A stretch of DNA of 64,000 bases from positions 52,057,266 to 52,121,265 of the forward strand of contig NC_068981.1 of the NCBI RefSeq assembly GCF_001194135.2, written 5' to 3'. Positions 39,142-52,634 of this stretch are shown here, piece after piece. The notes under the pieces are model-generated. The model saw nothing but the letters and a program-made list of their open reading frames with translations, searched no databases and was not told the DNA's origin. How positions within the stretch are numbered: the stretch's first letter is position 1; the number at the start of each line of letters is the position of its first letter. Position numbers and translations under genes: made by a program. The stretch comes from Octopus bimaculoides (Eukaryota).

Positions 39142-40039
39142 ATGTATTGATGTGTTTCTTTTACATCTTAGTCTGTGTTGAAACATTGCAACGAACAGTA
39201 TGATTTGGCATAAATACTCTGAGATCCTGCGATGAAGTTGTCGTTTATTATATCCAATGTACCTTGTTCCGAATTTGCAACTAGCTTTCTAAACAACGTT
39301 GATTTACAAACATTTGAAGCAAACGTAACCTAGTGGATCACTCTCTGATTGGACAGCATCTAAAGAAGCATGTTGTATTTTGTTGTTGTGGCAGATATTG
39401 TCTGAGAATGGAATCTTGCCTTGTTATTCTAAGATGAAAATCTGACTTCTTAATACAATAACTTAAATGGTTTTCAATCATTTCTCCAAAGTCTGACAGA
39501 TCGACATAGATCCGGTCTCTTGTTTTTCTTTGTTATACACTTCAGATATTTTTTATATCACGTTATTTAGCACATAACAGTTTCTCACACTGCTACAAAC
39601 CTCATTTATCTTCCAAGACGCCATACCCACAATTTAACCATGTTGCTTGAGATATACCAATGTATTAAATAATGATTTACTCATGCCGTCAACAACGATG
39701 GTAAATTGATAGTAAATTTATCTATCGTACTTTAAAATGCAATGAAAATGGAAATAGAATGTAGCTAAAATATATAATATTACGCTTATTTTTAAGTACG
39801 GGTATTACGCTCGCAATTCTATAAAAGCTTTTCCCATTTTCTTCACTGAAAAATAATAAGAAACTTATAACATATTGCTGCATTCATACATACATACAGA
39901 CAAACACACACACACACACATATATACATACATTCATAATACATACATACATACATACATACATATGCAATGACAATAGAACTGAGACGAACATGCTACC
40001 ATTACAAAAGTGAGCAGTAACTGATTATGAACAAACAGA

Positions 40040-42095
40040 AATAATGAGTAAAGAATACAAACAAAAGAAAGAACACTTAACAGCAAAATTCAAGCGAAAC
40101 ATTATCATCTACATTAACAAACAATTTCATGAAAGAACAATTACTATACGAATCAATAGAAAACCGAGCGACTTGATATTATCCGCGTTGGACCAAATAG
40201 CTGAAGAACAATTAGCAGAGATTGAAAATTCCGACTTTTGGACATTGAATGTTCTGATATATTGTTCTGTGGTTACCATTCGTCAACAGATGGGAATAGC
40301 AAAGATCGATCACAGGGAAAAGAAGCAACCACAGTGGATTATCTTTCTCCAGACACTTATCGACATACTCAGGAAAAATATTGGACAGTTAGACACTATC
40401 ATTAAATGCAAAGCGAATAATAAATTCACGAACCACCAGCTGCAACTCCGTGATAGATTATCTAAAGTCTATGGGAACTGGCGAAAAGAAACGCGAAGGG
40501 GCAAGTTAATTGTCCTTAAAAGTAAATTGCGAGCAATAAGTGAACAATTTCGTTATATTAAAAAAAAAGCAATTTCTTTACGTAAAAAATACTTCGAGAA
40601 TGAAAAGCCATCAATCGCAAGTTTGCAATAAAACCACAAGCGGTATATCACAAATGAAAGACCATTCCATTAAAGCTAAGAGAGCCCTTCTCTTGGGAGA
40701 GATATATGGAATGTAAGCAAACAACATAACCGATTTGCAATGCTGTTAGATGAGCTACGGAGTGAATATTGTGCAAACGTCTCTCAAAACATATATAGTA
40801 TCAATAGTGAAACTCTCCCGACGGTTGATGTTAAACTACCGAATGGGAAACCACCCGGGAAGAACCTGATTAGCGGTTATTGGTAAAGAAAGCTCACATT
40901 TTCGTTAACCTGTTCAAAAGTACTATGAACGTCCAATTTGATATGCCAGACTGGTTAGCAGTTGTGTGTGTAACACTAAAGCTAAAACGCGAGAGAAGCA
41001 CACAGCCATAAAGTACAAGCCAATAGCGCGCTTGAATGTGATGTATACACAGATTTCTTGAAAGCTGGATCGCTGCGAAGCACAGCATGTAGTGACTGAT
41101 GAGCAGGCAGGAGGAAAAGAAGGAATCTTCAGAAGTGCCAAAAAATCTCCTGATCAAACAAGCTTTCTTTAAGGAAGCGAAAAAGGTCCATACGGTTAGC
41201 ACGAAACCCGCTAAATGTATGACTAGACTATAAGACATCATTTTATGCTGTTCCTCACTTATGGATCATAGTCATTACTATAATTAAAGTCATGGATTAT
41301 AGTCATAACACTTTGCAAAAGTCCTAACTGCAATAGTCAATGCTATTAAGAGGCTGAAGGAACATGATCCATAGAGTAATCATTAAGACCTAAAGCTACC
41401 TAACAGAATTAGGCTATTAACAGGAATATCTAAAGGTGTCATATTTTATGCTTTTTATCCTCGCTGTAAACCCCTTGTCAGCACTATCAAGGAAATACAA
41501 AGAGCATATTATAGAAGCTGATGAAAGAAAAATTAATTCCAGCCAGATCTTTTTTTTTTTTTAATGACTGAAGTTGTACTCGAGTAATATTCATAACACT
41601 GAGAAGCAGTTAGAACTGATCACAACATTCTCACGGGATATAGGAGTAGAGTTTGGCCAGGACAGATGTTCCTATTTGGTAGTCAAAGAAGGAAAGAATG
41701 TCGAACACGCAATAATGACCTGGCTATTTCTTCCATCATATGTGTAAGAAATACAACGAGAGTAGTGCATATGTTGGTACTATGAGTAAAACTAGAGTGC
41801 CAAAAGATATTAGAGTGGACATTTGAAGAAATTTACAACTTGAGACATCAAGACTAAGACGATAATAACAATGACTAGTAATTCCTGCATAAATGCCCCT
41901 CCTTTTGACATTAAACGGAAAGACGACGGTAGAGGCATAAGAGCAGCTGAGACGGCTTTTGAGTGTCGGATTGTGTCACTTAGACAACACCTACTGAACA
42001 GCAATGCAAGAAATTAGTATATCATGTGTATACTTAATAGTAAAGGTAATCACATCTTGAGATTAAGCGAGGATCTCTTGAAAAAATACTCGGTT
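40040..42095 (+). mobile_element. Family B RLE LINE, 5' two-thirds (N-terminus, RT, thumb), preceded by (TACA)n
   Basis: 195-aa N-terminal ORF 40044-40631; then FW..IW, PPGKNLISGYW, YKPIARLNVMY, EQAGGKEG and R.DDGRGI.AAETAFECRIVSLRQHLLN, homologous to the copy at 17.5-19.6 kb. Confidence 0.82.
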
Positions 42096-42104
42096 GGTTG
42101 ATCA

Positions 42105-43030
42105 TGCATGTATGTCCACATGATGTATGTATGTGTGTCCATGCTAATAAGCTTGAAGTCGTGGGTATGTATAACGAAAGAACAAGTTTTTCATTAGTAT
42201 TTAAGTGTGTGTGCTCATATATATTCCATATGCAGATGTAATTGTGTACATATGTTCAATCAGAAACCTCAAATAGAGAATCCCTGAAATGTTTTACAAA
42301 TTTTTATTGTTCTTCTGGTTGATTGTATCTAGAAATTGCGACTCGGTCTACCCCGTTCACCTGTGATAAAAGGAGGAGCAAATGAAAAAAGCCTGGATAT
42401 AAGAGCTGTAGGTTTTTCATCAATTCCCCATAGATGTTCTCCTTTTATCCAAGTTTTGAAGAGACGTTCAATTTCATTCGGAGACAGATCTCTTAAACGG
42501 TATACAGCTTTTGTTCCTTGAGTCATACAACCACATTCGGTGCGTTGTGCTCACACCTGGTTCCTATTTTTATTGGAATGCGTCTCTAGTATTCTTATTT
42601 TTATTTTAAGGAATGGATACTTTCTAGTTCTGGTGTACCTTTGGTATAACCAACACAACAATCTTTCCTGCATTGTAAACCGTCTTATGGACAATGTGAT
42701 GTCTTATAGGGAGGTAGTATCCAGGACACATTTTTGGACAACTATTGATGTTATGAGTGATATTTTTCACACTAGTATTGGTACAATCGATACTTTCTGT
42801 CATAGTCTGGAGACTGAGGCCGATCAGGCATTTAGCAGCAATTTTATGTTCTTGGATAGCAAAGGCATAACCTAGGTAAGATACTGTATACTTACACAGT
42901 CCCAGAGAGGCTTTTGTTGTCGATGTTGCTGGCATTCTCCAACTTGCAGGATATGTACCCATGTATAACTTTCTCCCGGTATGATGAATATTTCTCTTCT
43001 AAGGCTCTAGCCACCCTTTTTCTTCTCATA
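42105..43030 (-). mobile_element. Family B RLE LINE, 3' third (zinc knuckle, RLE, degenerate TACA tail), inverted
   Basis: GYAFAIQEHKIAAK, NITHNINSCPKMCPGYYLPIRH, PNVVV..EQKL..EIC..KENIYGEL..LQLLYPG..FITGE; degenerate (TACA)n at about 42105-42135 on the minus strand. Confidence 0.82.
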
Positions 43031-43498
43031 TATATNNNNNNNNNNNNNNNNNNNNNNNNNNNNNNNNNNNNNNNNNNNNNNNNNNNNNNNNNNNNNNNNN
43101 NNNNNNNNNNNNNNNNNNNNNNNNNNNNNNNNNNNNNNNNNNNNNNNNNNNNNNNNNNNNNNNNNNNNNNNNNNNNNNNNNNNNNNNNNNNNNNNNNNNN
43201 NNNNNNNNNNNNNNNNNNNNNNNNNNNNNNNNNNNNNNNNNNNNNNNNNNNNNNNNNNNNNNNNNNNNNNNNNNNNNNNNNNNNNNNNNNNNNNNNNNNN
43301 NNNNNNNNNNNNNNNNNNNNNNNNNNNNNNNNNNNNNNNNNNNNNNNNNNNNNNNNNNNNNNNNNNNNNNNNNNNNNNNNNNNNNNNNNNNNNNNNNNNN
43401 NNNNNNNNNNNNNNNNNNNNNNNNNNNNNNNNNNNNNNNNNNNNNNNNNNNNNNNNNNNNNNNNNNNNNNNNNNNNNNNNNNNNNNNNNNNNNNNNNN

Positions 43499-43529
<31 letters not shown>

Positions 43530-44395
43530 GATTATGCCCTTTAAGACAGGGTCGCAGAATACCCACAGTCCGAAGATTTAAACCAATAAAAGGAAAGGCT
43601 TTCTAAACAAGTTTCCAACAGGTTTCTCTCGTTTTCTACGCTCTCAAATTACAACGCAATGTTGTTGACACTGGTTCAAGTAGCACTGTCCTCTAAGTCT
43701 TGTTCAGGGTTTGTTTGTTTGTTTATTTGTTTGTTTTCCAGATAAAACCAATACACGCTATAACCTTTCGTTGGTATTCGTTGCCGTCTCTATAACAATC
43801 TCTACTTACATTGATTTGTTTTAACTGCTTTCAAATCACGTGAAATATTATTGCACTCTGGGCGTTTCTTGAATAGTTCATTCCCAATTCTTAAGATGTT
43901 CATCAACGTTATTTATGAACGCGTATTTTTAGTTTTGTATTTGTTTTTGCATTTATAGTGCGATATTCATTTTTTATGTCTCAACTAAATGTGTCCCCTC
44001 CAGCGTTATTCTTTTTTATAAGATAATGTATGTTAGTGTTGCTAATATTATGAACAATAAATATTTCCTCAGCTATTCTGTTCTCTAAATTGCTCCAATA
44101 AAAGAGATGGTCTCTAAAGAACTATACAGAGTCGTGTATTAATGCATGTATATGTGTACATTTAAATATATGATTTGATGTTTGTATGGATGGATGTATA
44201 TATGCGTGTACATGTATCTGTGTATATGTCGATATGTACATGTAAATGTCTGTGTGTCTAAATGCATTAATGTGTGTATGTGTATGAATGCATAGCTCTG
44301 TTACTTGCAGTTTTTCATATTCTTTTTTACTCCGTTTTCAAATGTTCTTCTTTCCGTCAGTATAAACAAAAGCATCTCCGCGCAGCATATAGATA

Positions 44396-44432
<37 letters not shown>

Positions 44433-44572
44433 CGTACAAACATACATGCATTCATACATATATACATGCATATTCATACACATATATTCATGTGTTTATG
44501 CATCCGAGTGCGAGTATGTGTGTGTTTCAGGATACAATGTGTGTATCAATGTATGTATCTATGAATGTACGT

Positions 44573-44831
44573 ATGCATGTATGAATGTAGGCATGTACGT
44601 ACGAACGTATGTATGTATGCATGTATGTATGAGTGAAAACTTTTATACCGTGAGGAAGGAATTTTCAAAATCAAGAAGAAAATTTAAGATAAACTACTAG
44701 AAATAATATGCACACACATACGCGCGTACTCACACACACATATATGCACAAACATACATAAATCCATACATACATACATACATGCATATATACATACGTT
44801 CGTACGTACATACCTACATTCATACATGCAT
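44573..44831. repeat. 59-bp inverted repeat of an interrupted microsatellite (44573-44631 / 44773-44831)
   Basis: 57 of 59 positions identical, including diagnostic interruptions gaatgtagg and acgtacgaacgt. Confidence 0.8.
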
Positions 44832-44944
44832 GCATACATATATGTATACAAGTATGGACTGTATGCGCGCTTAAATTCATATATACATACACATATGTAT
44901 GTATATACGTATGCATGCATGCGTGTATTAGATATATATCGATA

Positions 44945-45025
<81 letters not shown>

Positions 45026-45369
45026 AACAGCTTTTCTCTTAGGCATATTGTATTCAATAAACGTTTTTCTTCGATTTTTTTCTTTTATATGAAGATTTGT
45101 TTCATATTTTCTTGTGAATTTCTTGCAGTTTTCGGCAGTAAAGTTCGTGTATCCACCATCAGCATTTCTAGATCTTCATAGTCACAGCTTCCGAATGAAT
45201 TGCCATTGAGATAGCAGGCAAGGCTAAATCGTTGGAAGATACTCTTACAAAGAAACCGCAAGCAATATATTATAAAGAATTTTATATATATTATAAAGAA
45301 ATATATCATAAAGAATTTTAATGGAAAAGATTAAACTAGAGCACCAGTGTGTTTTTAATAATTTGTGTG

Positions 45370-45530
45370 TATTTCGTCTATCTTTTACGCTCTGAGTTCA
45401 AATTCTGCCGAGGTCGACTTTGCCTTTCATCCTTTCGGAGTCCATAAATGAAGTACTAGTTGCGTACTGAGGTCGATCTAATTTACTGCCCCTTCCCCAA
45501 AAATTTCGGGCCTAGAGTAGAAAAGAATAA
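45370..45530 (+). mobile_element. SINE family 1, 5'-truncated
   Basis: ctctgagttcaaattctgccgaggtcgactttgcctttcatcctttcgg...aaaaatttcgggcc..agagtagaaaagaa. Confidence 0.8.
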
Positions 45531-45549
45531 CTTGTGTGTGTCTGTATTT

Positions 45550-45760
45550 ATGTATGTATGTACGTATGTATGTATGTATGTATGTATGTACGTACGTACA
45601 TACATACATACATACATACATACATACATAGTACATACACACATACATACATACATACATACATACATACATACATACATACGTACGTACGTACGTATGA
45701 ATGAATGTATGTATGCATGCATGCATGTATGTATGTATGTATGTATACATGTACGTATGA
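45550..45760. repeat. (ATGT)n-(ACAT)n-(ATGT)n microsatellite with orientation flips
   Basis: Directly visible; flips occur at tacgta/gtac palindromes. Confidence 0.9.
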
Positions 45761-45774
45761 GTGTGTAACCGTAA

Positions 45775-46115
45775 CATGCATGACCAAATGTTTAACATCG
45801 TAATCACATCGTAACCATGGGTCCTCGGTTTCAATTTTGCAGCATGGGATCATGAGCACGTGTGGTTTTCTATGACGTTGGACCGACCTATGCTGTCTGA
45901 GTGGAGTTGAGTACACGGAAACTACACTGAAGCCCTTTGGATTAATTTTTACCTGTAATTCAAAAGTACGACCATTTCATACTCTGTCATCTTGGCATCT
46001 CTAACATCTTGTGAGTTGCATTGAAGGTACACGTGCCAGTGGGATACTCAGCCACTTATATGCTAATTCGATGAGTTTCGTCGTTTAGTTGATCAAACAA
46101 CTGAACACGCATGGT
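45775..46115 (+). mobile_element. Degenerate SINE family 2-like head with a variant 3' domain
   Basis: aaccatgggtcctcggtttcaatt..ggaccgacc..gagtgga..acacggaaact..gaagccc resembles the reverse complement of 48680-48835. Confidence 0.45.
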
Positions 46116-46286
46116 GAAAATAATTATCAAGATCAATTATTATCATTGTTGTAGTTGTTGTTAATGGTAGCGAGCAGGCAAAATCGTCAGAGCGTTGGGA
46201 GAACATGTCTTGTGATATCCCACCGAGATCAATTTTGATGGCTTCCTACCAAAATTAGAAACCATTAGTATTATTTTAATTGTTGT

Positions 46287-46510
46287 TAAGGCGGTGAGGT
46301 GGCAGAATCGTCAGCACACCGGGCAAAATGTTTAGCGACATTTCGTCCAACTTTACATTCTGAGTTCAAATGCCGCAGAGGTCAACTTTGCTTTTCATCC
46401 TTTCGGGGTTGATGAAATAAGCACCATTTTAGTACTGGGGTCGATATAATCGACATACCCACCCCTCACCCCCAACAAAATTTCAGACGTTGTGCCTGTA
46501 GTAGAAAGGA
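46287..46510 (+). mobile_element. SINE family 1, full length
   Basis: aaggcggtgaggtggcagaatcg..ctgagttcaaat..tactggggtcgatataatcgac..gtagtagaaaggatt. Confidence 0.85.
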
Positions 46511-46534
46511 TTATTATAATTATTGTTACTGATC

Positions 46535-47280
46535 GTTTTGTACTTCCTGTTTTATATCCTTTACAGGCGAGTCCAAACTATGGGCCTGGGTGCTCTAGAG
46601 AAGTTGTCACTTTATTTATAGCACTCTCTTTAGTGCCCAAGATATGGTTGGTGAACTTTTCCATTCCCTGCTTCGTGAATCCTAATACAAGGTACTAATA
46701 TGGTCTTCATATTTCACATGTTGTTTTCGATCTCGAGAGCTTTGTACTTAACTTCTCTGTGACTTCCATGGATATGTTTCTGGTAGAAGATATCTCAATG
46801 TCGAAAAGTATACACATCAAGTCCTTTTTTTTTTTGCTTACAAGCGATGTCAGGCTTGATGGCTTTTACCTCTCTGTCAATATAGATGACTATTTTCTAA
46901 ATAATGGGGACATTATTGTTATCAGTGACCATGGTTGCCTAATATTCATACCACTTCGCGGTTGTCTTGATTTCATAATTCCTGAATAGTTTTTAGAGTA
47001 GGTACGCAGCTGCCTTGTTACACCTGTGGATGTATTTGGCCTTCGGTAGCTTTAGGCATCCAGAGAAAATATGATTGATGGTTTCTTCATGTTTTCCACA
47101 GATCCTGCACTGTGGATCTATTCCATCCCTGACAATGCGATGGTAATAGGATCTGGTTCCAAGATTCTGATTTCTGCAGCGATTGTCAGACCTTCCGTCT
47201 CTATATTCAGTCCAGAGCTCTTAAGCCATTGGTGTGAACATTTAAGGAAGCATGGCAATGGCGTGATGTAACTTCTCTGA
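46535..47280 (-). mobile_element. RLE LINE 3' fragment (CCHC plus RLE), related to family A
   Basis: QWLKSSGLNIETEGLTIAA, CRICGKHEETINHIFSGC, IDREVKAIKPDI; ends next to a short taataat tract. Confidence 0.85.
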
Positions 47281-47587
47281 ATTATTTATAAGTAGGAATT
47301 TTATCTTACGAACAACGAAGGATTCGCCACATGTTAAGAATCAAATTTTATCTTAACAAATCAATGTAAATATATCACTACATTAACAGGATGTCTACAT
47401 GTGCTTATTAGTATTGAATATTATTAACACTCCTACTTACTCTTGTTAGAACAGATAACTTAATCTTGCTACTCTTTTGTGAACTTATTAACCGTACTCT
47501 TTCTATATCTTGGTCAGCTCTTATTTCATAATTCTTTTTTTATAACTAAGCAGTACTTGTTGTTGCTGTAGGTGGTGGTGGTGGTAG

Positions 47588-47618
<31 letters not shown>

Positions 47619-48429
47619 ACAGTTGTTGTTGTTGTTTTCCTTGTTGATCTGCATGTCAGCCTTGATCGAGCTGGCCTGTGATCAAAGGTGAACCAGCCTT
47701 CATTGTACCAGCTTTCATTTTCAAAGAATGTATTTCGCATTACTTTATCCAATGTATTTTTCTTATTTCTAACATGTTGGCATCTGATATGTGGAAGATT
47801 TTGCAAGTTTTTCTTAGAAGTTGAGAGACTGTATAGAGGCTTCGGTGGGAAGAAAAGGAAATATCAGGATAGGACTTCATTTTTAAATCAAAGGCGTTAG
47901 TGGTGTAAATGAAGGGCAATAGCTTCAAACGAGATAGAAACTTCTTTGCGGCATTAATTGCTGCATGGTTATATCAATCTCTACAACAGTTAACTGCTTA
48001 GGCATGGAGTATATTAAAATATTATTTGCTTTGACGAAGTAGCAGGATCATTAGAATACCTCGCGATATTTGTTCCGATTCTCTGCTATTTGAGTTCAAA
48101 TCCATCCAAAGTCACTTTACATTGCTTCCTTTTAGCAGGGTAAAAAAAAGAAGTGCCAATTCAAGACAGTAAACTGACGTAATTCTCAGAATGTCGTGCA
48201 TGCGTCGCGCTATCTGTTTCGGCTTTTAGTATTCTGTCTCGGCCCTAAGGTGGTGACATTTCCCTTGGAGAACATCGATGGCGTGAAGAAAGGAGACTTA
48301 CATGCATGGCTTACTGCCAGTTTTCTTCAGAAAACCTTAACCAGGCCTGCACATACAAGTCGAGCTATATGGTCAGCCCTGACCAACGAAGACTTATTTG
48401 AATTCTGTGTAAATGTATTACTACACTAT

Positions 48430-48835
48430 TTTACTCTTTTACTTGTTTCAGTCATTTGACTGCGGCCATGCTAGAGCATCGCCTTTAGTTGAGCAAATCG
48501 ACCCCAGGACTTATTCTTTGTAAGCCTAGTACTTATTCTATCGGTCTTTTTTGCCGAACCGCTAAGTTACGGGGACGTAACCACACCATCATCGGTTGTC
48601 AAGCGATGGTGGGGGGGAACAAACACAGCCACACAAACATATACACACACATACATATATATAAATACACATATACGACGGACTTCCTTCAGTTTCCATC
48701 AGCCAAATCCACTCACAAGGCATTGGTCGGCCCGAGGCTACAGTAGAAGACACTTGCCCAATGTGCCACGCAGTGGGAATGAACCCGGAACCTTGTGGTC
48801 GGTAGGCAAGCTACGTACCACACAGCCACTCCTGC
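48430..48835 (-). mobile_element. SINE family 2, full length, tRNA-derived head with internal CA/TA microsatellite
   Basis: Minus-strand head GCAGGAGTGGCTGTGTGG (A box) ... GGTTCATTCCC (B box), then tgggcaagtgtcttctact; related copies at 16995, 45775 and 55020. Confidence 0.88.
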
Positions 48836-49275
48836 ACCCACGCTGGATAAATATGTACATAAGAAGTGTTTAATGTATATACTTATTTTAATATATATAT
48901 TGTGTTTGAAAAGACTAAAAGTATTTGTAATGTTTGAGAGTATATTTTGGATCTACATTATTCTGACGTCTATCATTTCTAAAATATGCTTTTATAGTTA
49001 AAGAGCAATTAGTAGTAAAGAATATTAGCAAACTACGATACTCGGGAGTCAATCTTTAATCAAACAGATTTATGATGAAAGACTTTTGGACATACCAATA
49101 TCATCTTATTTTCAAACAATGTAACAGGGACAGCTACATTACCTAATGTTTCGTTCTTTTTTTAAAACTTTAAGTAATAGTCTGAGGTGAACTTAAATGC
49201 AAATTGAGCGACCCAGATTGAGGTTCCCCCGCATCAGCTATAACTGCTTTCTGAATCACATAGATTTTCTTCATT

Positions 49276-49640
49276 TATTTGTATTTCTACTGGTTCCATT
49301 GTAATCGAGCCTGAAGAAAACAATATCTTTATCACACTGATAAATTACTATATTTCTGCTTTTATCGTCCGAGAATCAACTGCTCGCACAGCTCCACAGA
49401 GAGAGGAGCGGTGTGGTTTATTTAGTACTGATCATCTTGCATTTTCTTAACCTAGAACATTTCTCTCCGTCTGTTCATTTCTCTTTCTCTCTGTTCCTCT
49501 CTACCCGCTCCTCTCTCTGTGGGGCTGTGCATGCAGTTGATTCTCGGACGATATAAGCAGAAATATAGTAATTTATCAGTATGATAAAGATATTGGTTTC
49601 TTCAGGCTCGATTAGAAGGGGACCAGTAGAAATACAAATA
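49276..49640. repeat. Foldback: 136-bp arms (49276-49411 / 49505-49640) with a 93-bp spacer
   Basis: 9 mismatches, no indels by manual alignment. Confidence 0.92.
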
Positions 49641-51287
49641 GAAAGGCGAACGGACGAATGGACGAGCAGACGGAAGGACGAAAAGATGGATAGCAAGATG
49701 GATAAATGAATTGACAAAAGGATACTTGGATAGATGGATGGGTGGTTAGATAAACAGATGGACAGACGGTTATTATATTCTACTCTCAAGGATGATTTGG
49801 TACGCAAAAGTGTATGTACGAAAGTGTGTGTGTGTGTACGAAATGTGTGTGTATGTACACACACACATACACATAAATACATACAAGTAACTGACAAAAA
49901 AAGAAAGCGAAAACATGTACAACGGCAGCCCCAAAAAAAATTTTGAGAGTCCAAATATTGAAGCTATTAACTTACGTAACATGCTTATTCCGTACAGTGT
50001 ATTGTAGCTTCTTTTTAAACACCACAAAATTCAAGCTCAGCCTAACATTTTTCGTATTTTGAATTGTATTGTTAGAAGGTTTTTGTCTTTTTGTTTTAAC
50101 AGTTACAGGAAACAATGTATTTCTGTTTTGTCTAGTGATAGGCGGCTCAGCAGTTTATCATGTCTTGACATCCGTTTTCAAAACATTTTAACAATATTTT
50201 TTTACCAACCCAGTAATATAATAATAAAAAAAAAAAGAATTATGAACCATTGACAGGAATATTTTTTGTCAGACAACCTTATTGGCATTTTCTATAGTAT
50301 TTTTGGTGTGGTTTATTTAGTACTGATTATTTTGCATTTTCTTATGCTAGAAACACGATAATTTAGACGTGGGTGCATAAGAGAGAACTACGAGTTGTTC
50401 ACAAGCAATAAAATAATTATATGACTTGACCTGAAGTATGAATATTTTACTTTTAAAAAAATAATTTAAGATATGCTTGACAGAAAACGAATACATTCGA
50501 AAAATTCCCAGCTCTGATAGAACTTTTTAAAATCATTTTACTTTGTTTTCTTAAGTTGACATTGAATGATCTTTTCGTAAACTTGGTGATACAATACGGA
50601 ATTTTGTCTTAACTTAGAGGACAATTGAAACATCATACGATCTTATCCGAAATTTTACGACTTCACATTACAGCTTTTCCTTGACCTTTGATATATCACA
50701 TAGTAACGTGGATAGCATCACTATATCTTATATTAGAGAAAACATCCTTCTCCCTTTCGTATAACGAACAAAATGATACATTCAAACGTAATATTTCTTT
50801 TTATTTTGTTATATATTTTTCCTTTCAAACACCAACACTGAATTATTTAGAACAGTGAATATATGTTAACTTCCTAGTTCAATCAACATTTTTGTGTGTC
50901 TTCAACCGAATACCGTAACCTCTGAGCAAGGTTACTCCTAATTCTTAACACCGTAGACCATTCATCTTCCTTTCAGACTTTTCTCATTCTTCTTACTTAT
51001 CTATTCATACCAACCCTTCCCTTTCTCCCATTCACTCAATTTGTAAGCAAAGCCAACTTTCTGTTGCCAATCTATCTATCTATCTATCAATCTAGCTAGC
51101 TACCTATTTATTCTGTTCCCCCTTCCTTCGGTGATACCTTAATCTTTTCTGTGACTCCCTCTTGCCTTTTATACTTTAATAGCCATCAATATCATTTATT
51201 TCTATGCCAGCTATTTTCCAAAGAGTTAAAGAAACAGAGAATGGAGGAAAGAAAGATTGAAGGAAAGAAGACAGAAATATACAAAGA

Positions 51288-51288
51288 G

Positions 51289-51367
<79 letters not shown>

Positions 51368-51368
51368 A
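51288..51368. repeat. (GAAA)n microsatellite
   Basis: Directly visible. Confidence 0.95.
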
Positions 51369-51500
51369 AAAGAGACTAGCCAGAGTGACAGAAACAGAGA
51401 AAACCTTAAGGCGAAACGAAATAGCAAAACCAATGATGTATATGTATATAGCATATATGTGTGGGCGTCTATATATATGTGTGTGTGTGCATATATACAA

Positions 51501-51558
<58 letters not shown>

Positions 51559-52242
51559 ATATTGTATATATATATATGTATGTATATATATATATATGTA
51601 TGTATATATTGTATATANNNNNNNNNNNNNNNNNNNNNNNNNNNNNNNNNNNNNNNNNNNNNNNNNNNNNNNNNNNNNNNNNNNNNNNNNNNNNNNNNNN
51701 NNNNNNNNNNNNNNNNNNNNNNNNNNNNNNNNNNNNNNNNNNNNNNNNNNNNNNNNNNNNNNNNNNNNNNNNNNNNNNNNNNNNNNNNNNNNNNNNNNNN
51801 NNNNNNNNNNNNNNNNNNNNNNNNNNNNNNNNNNNNNNNNNNNNNNNNNNNNNNNNNNNNNNNNNNNNNNNNNNNNNNNNNNNNNNNNNNNNNNNNNNNN
51901 NNNNNNNNNNNNNATATATATGCACGCATGTGAATATGTATGTATATTTCTATAGATATATGTGTATATGTGTGTATATCAAAGAGAAACAAAAGAAATA
52001 AACATACTGAAAAAAAAAAGAAGAAAGAAAAAAAGAAGAAAAGAAAACAAAGACTACACATGAATTTCTAAAAACATTCTTAAAGAGAAGAGACAAAATC
52101 ATGTTGATAGATTCTTCGACTCAAAGACAAAGCGTCTCGATGAAATCATGAAAGACAATTTTTTAAATAAATCTCATAAAAAAAGAAGGAATAAATTCGA
52201 AGGAAATAAAACAGCCAGATAACATATGTATGTGTGCGTGTG

Positions 52243-52280
<38 letters not shown>

Positions 52281-52603
52281 CTGCATGTGTGCATGCATGA
52301 TTTTAGTGTTAAAGCGTGTATGTGTTGATTACAAGTATGTATATGTGCGTGCTTGTAAGTATGCGTATATGTGTGTGTTTTTGTATATATGTATGTTTGC
52401 TTTTATGTATACCTGTATGTATGAATATGTGGGTGTGTGGTTTTATATATATGTGCGCATCTTTATAATAAACAGATAATTCTACATTCACATAGGTATA
52501 TACATATTCACATATATATATGCATAGATATATATATTTACATATATACATATACATATATATATACTTACATATATACATATATATGTATATGTATATA
52601 TGT

Positions 52604-52634
<31 letters not shown>

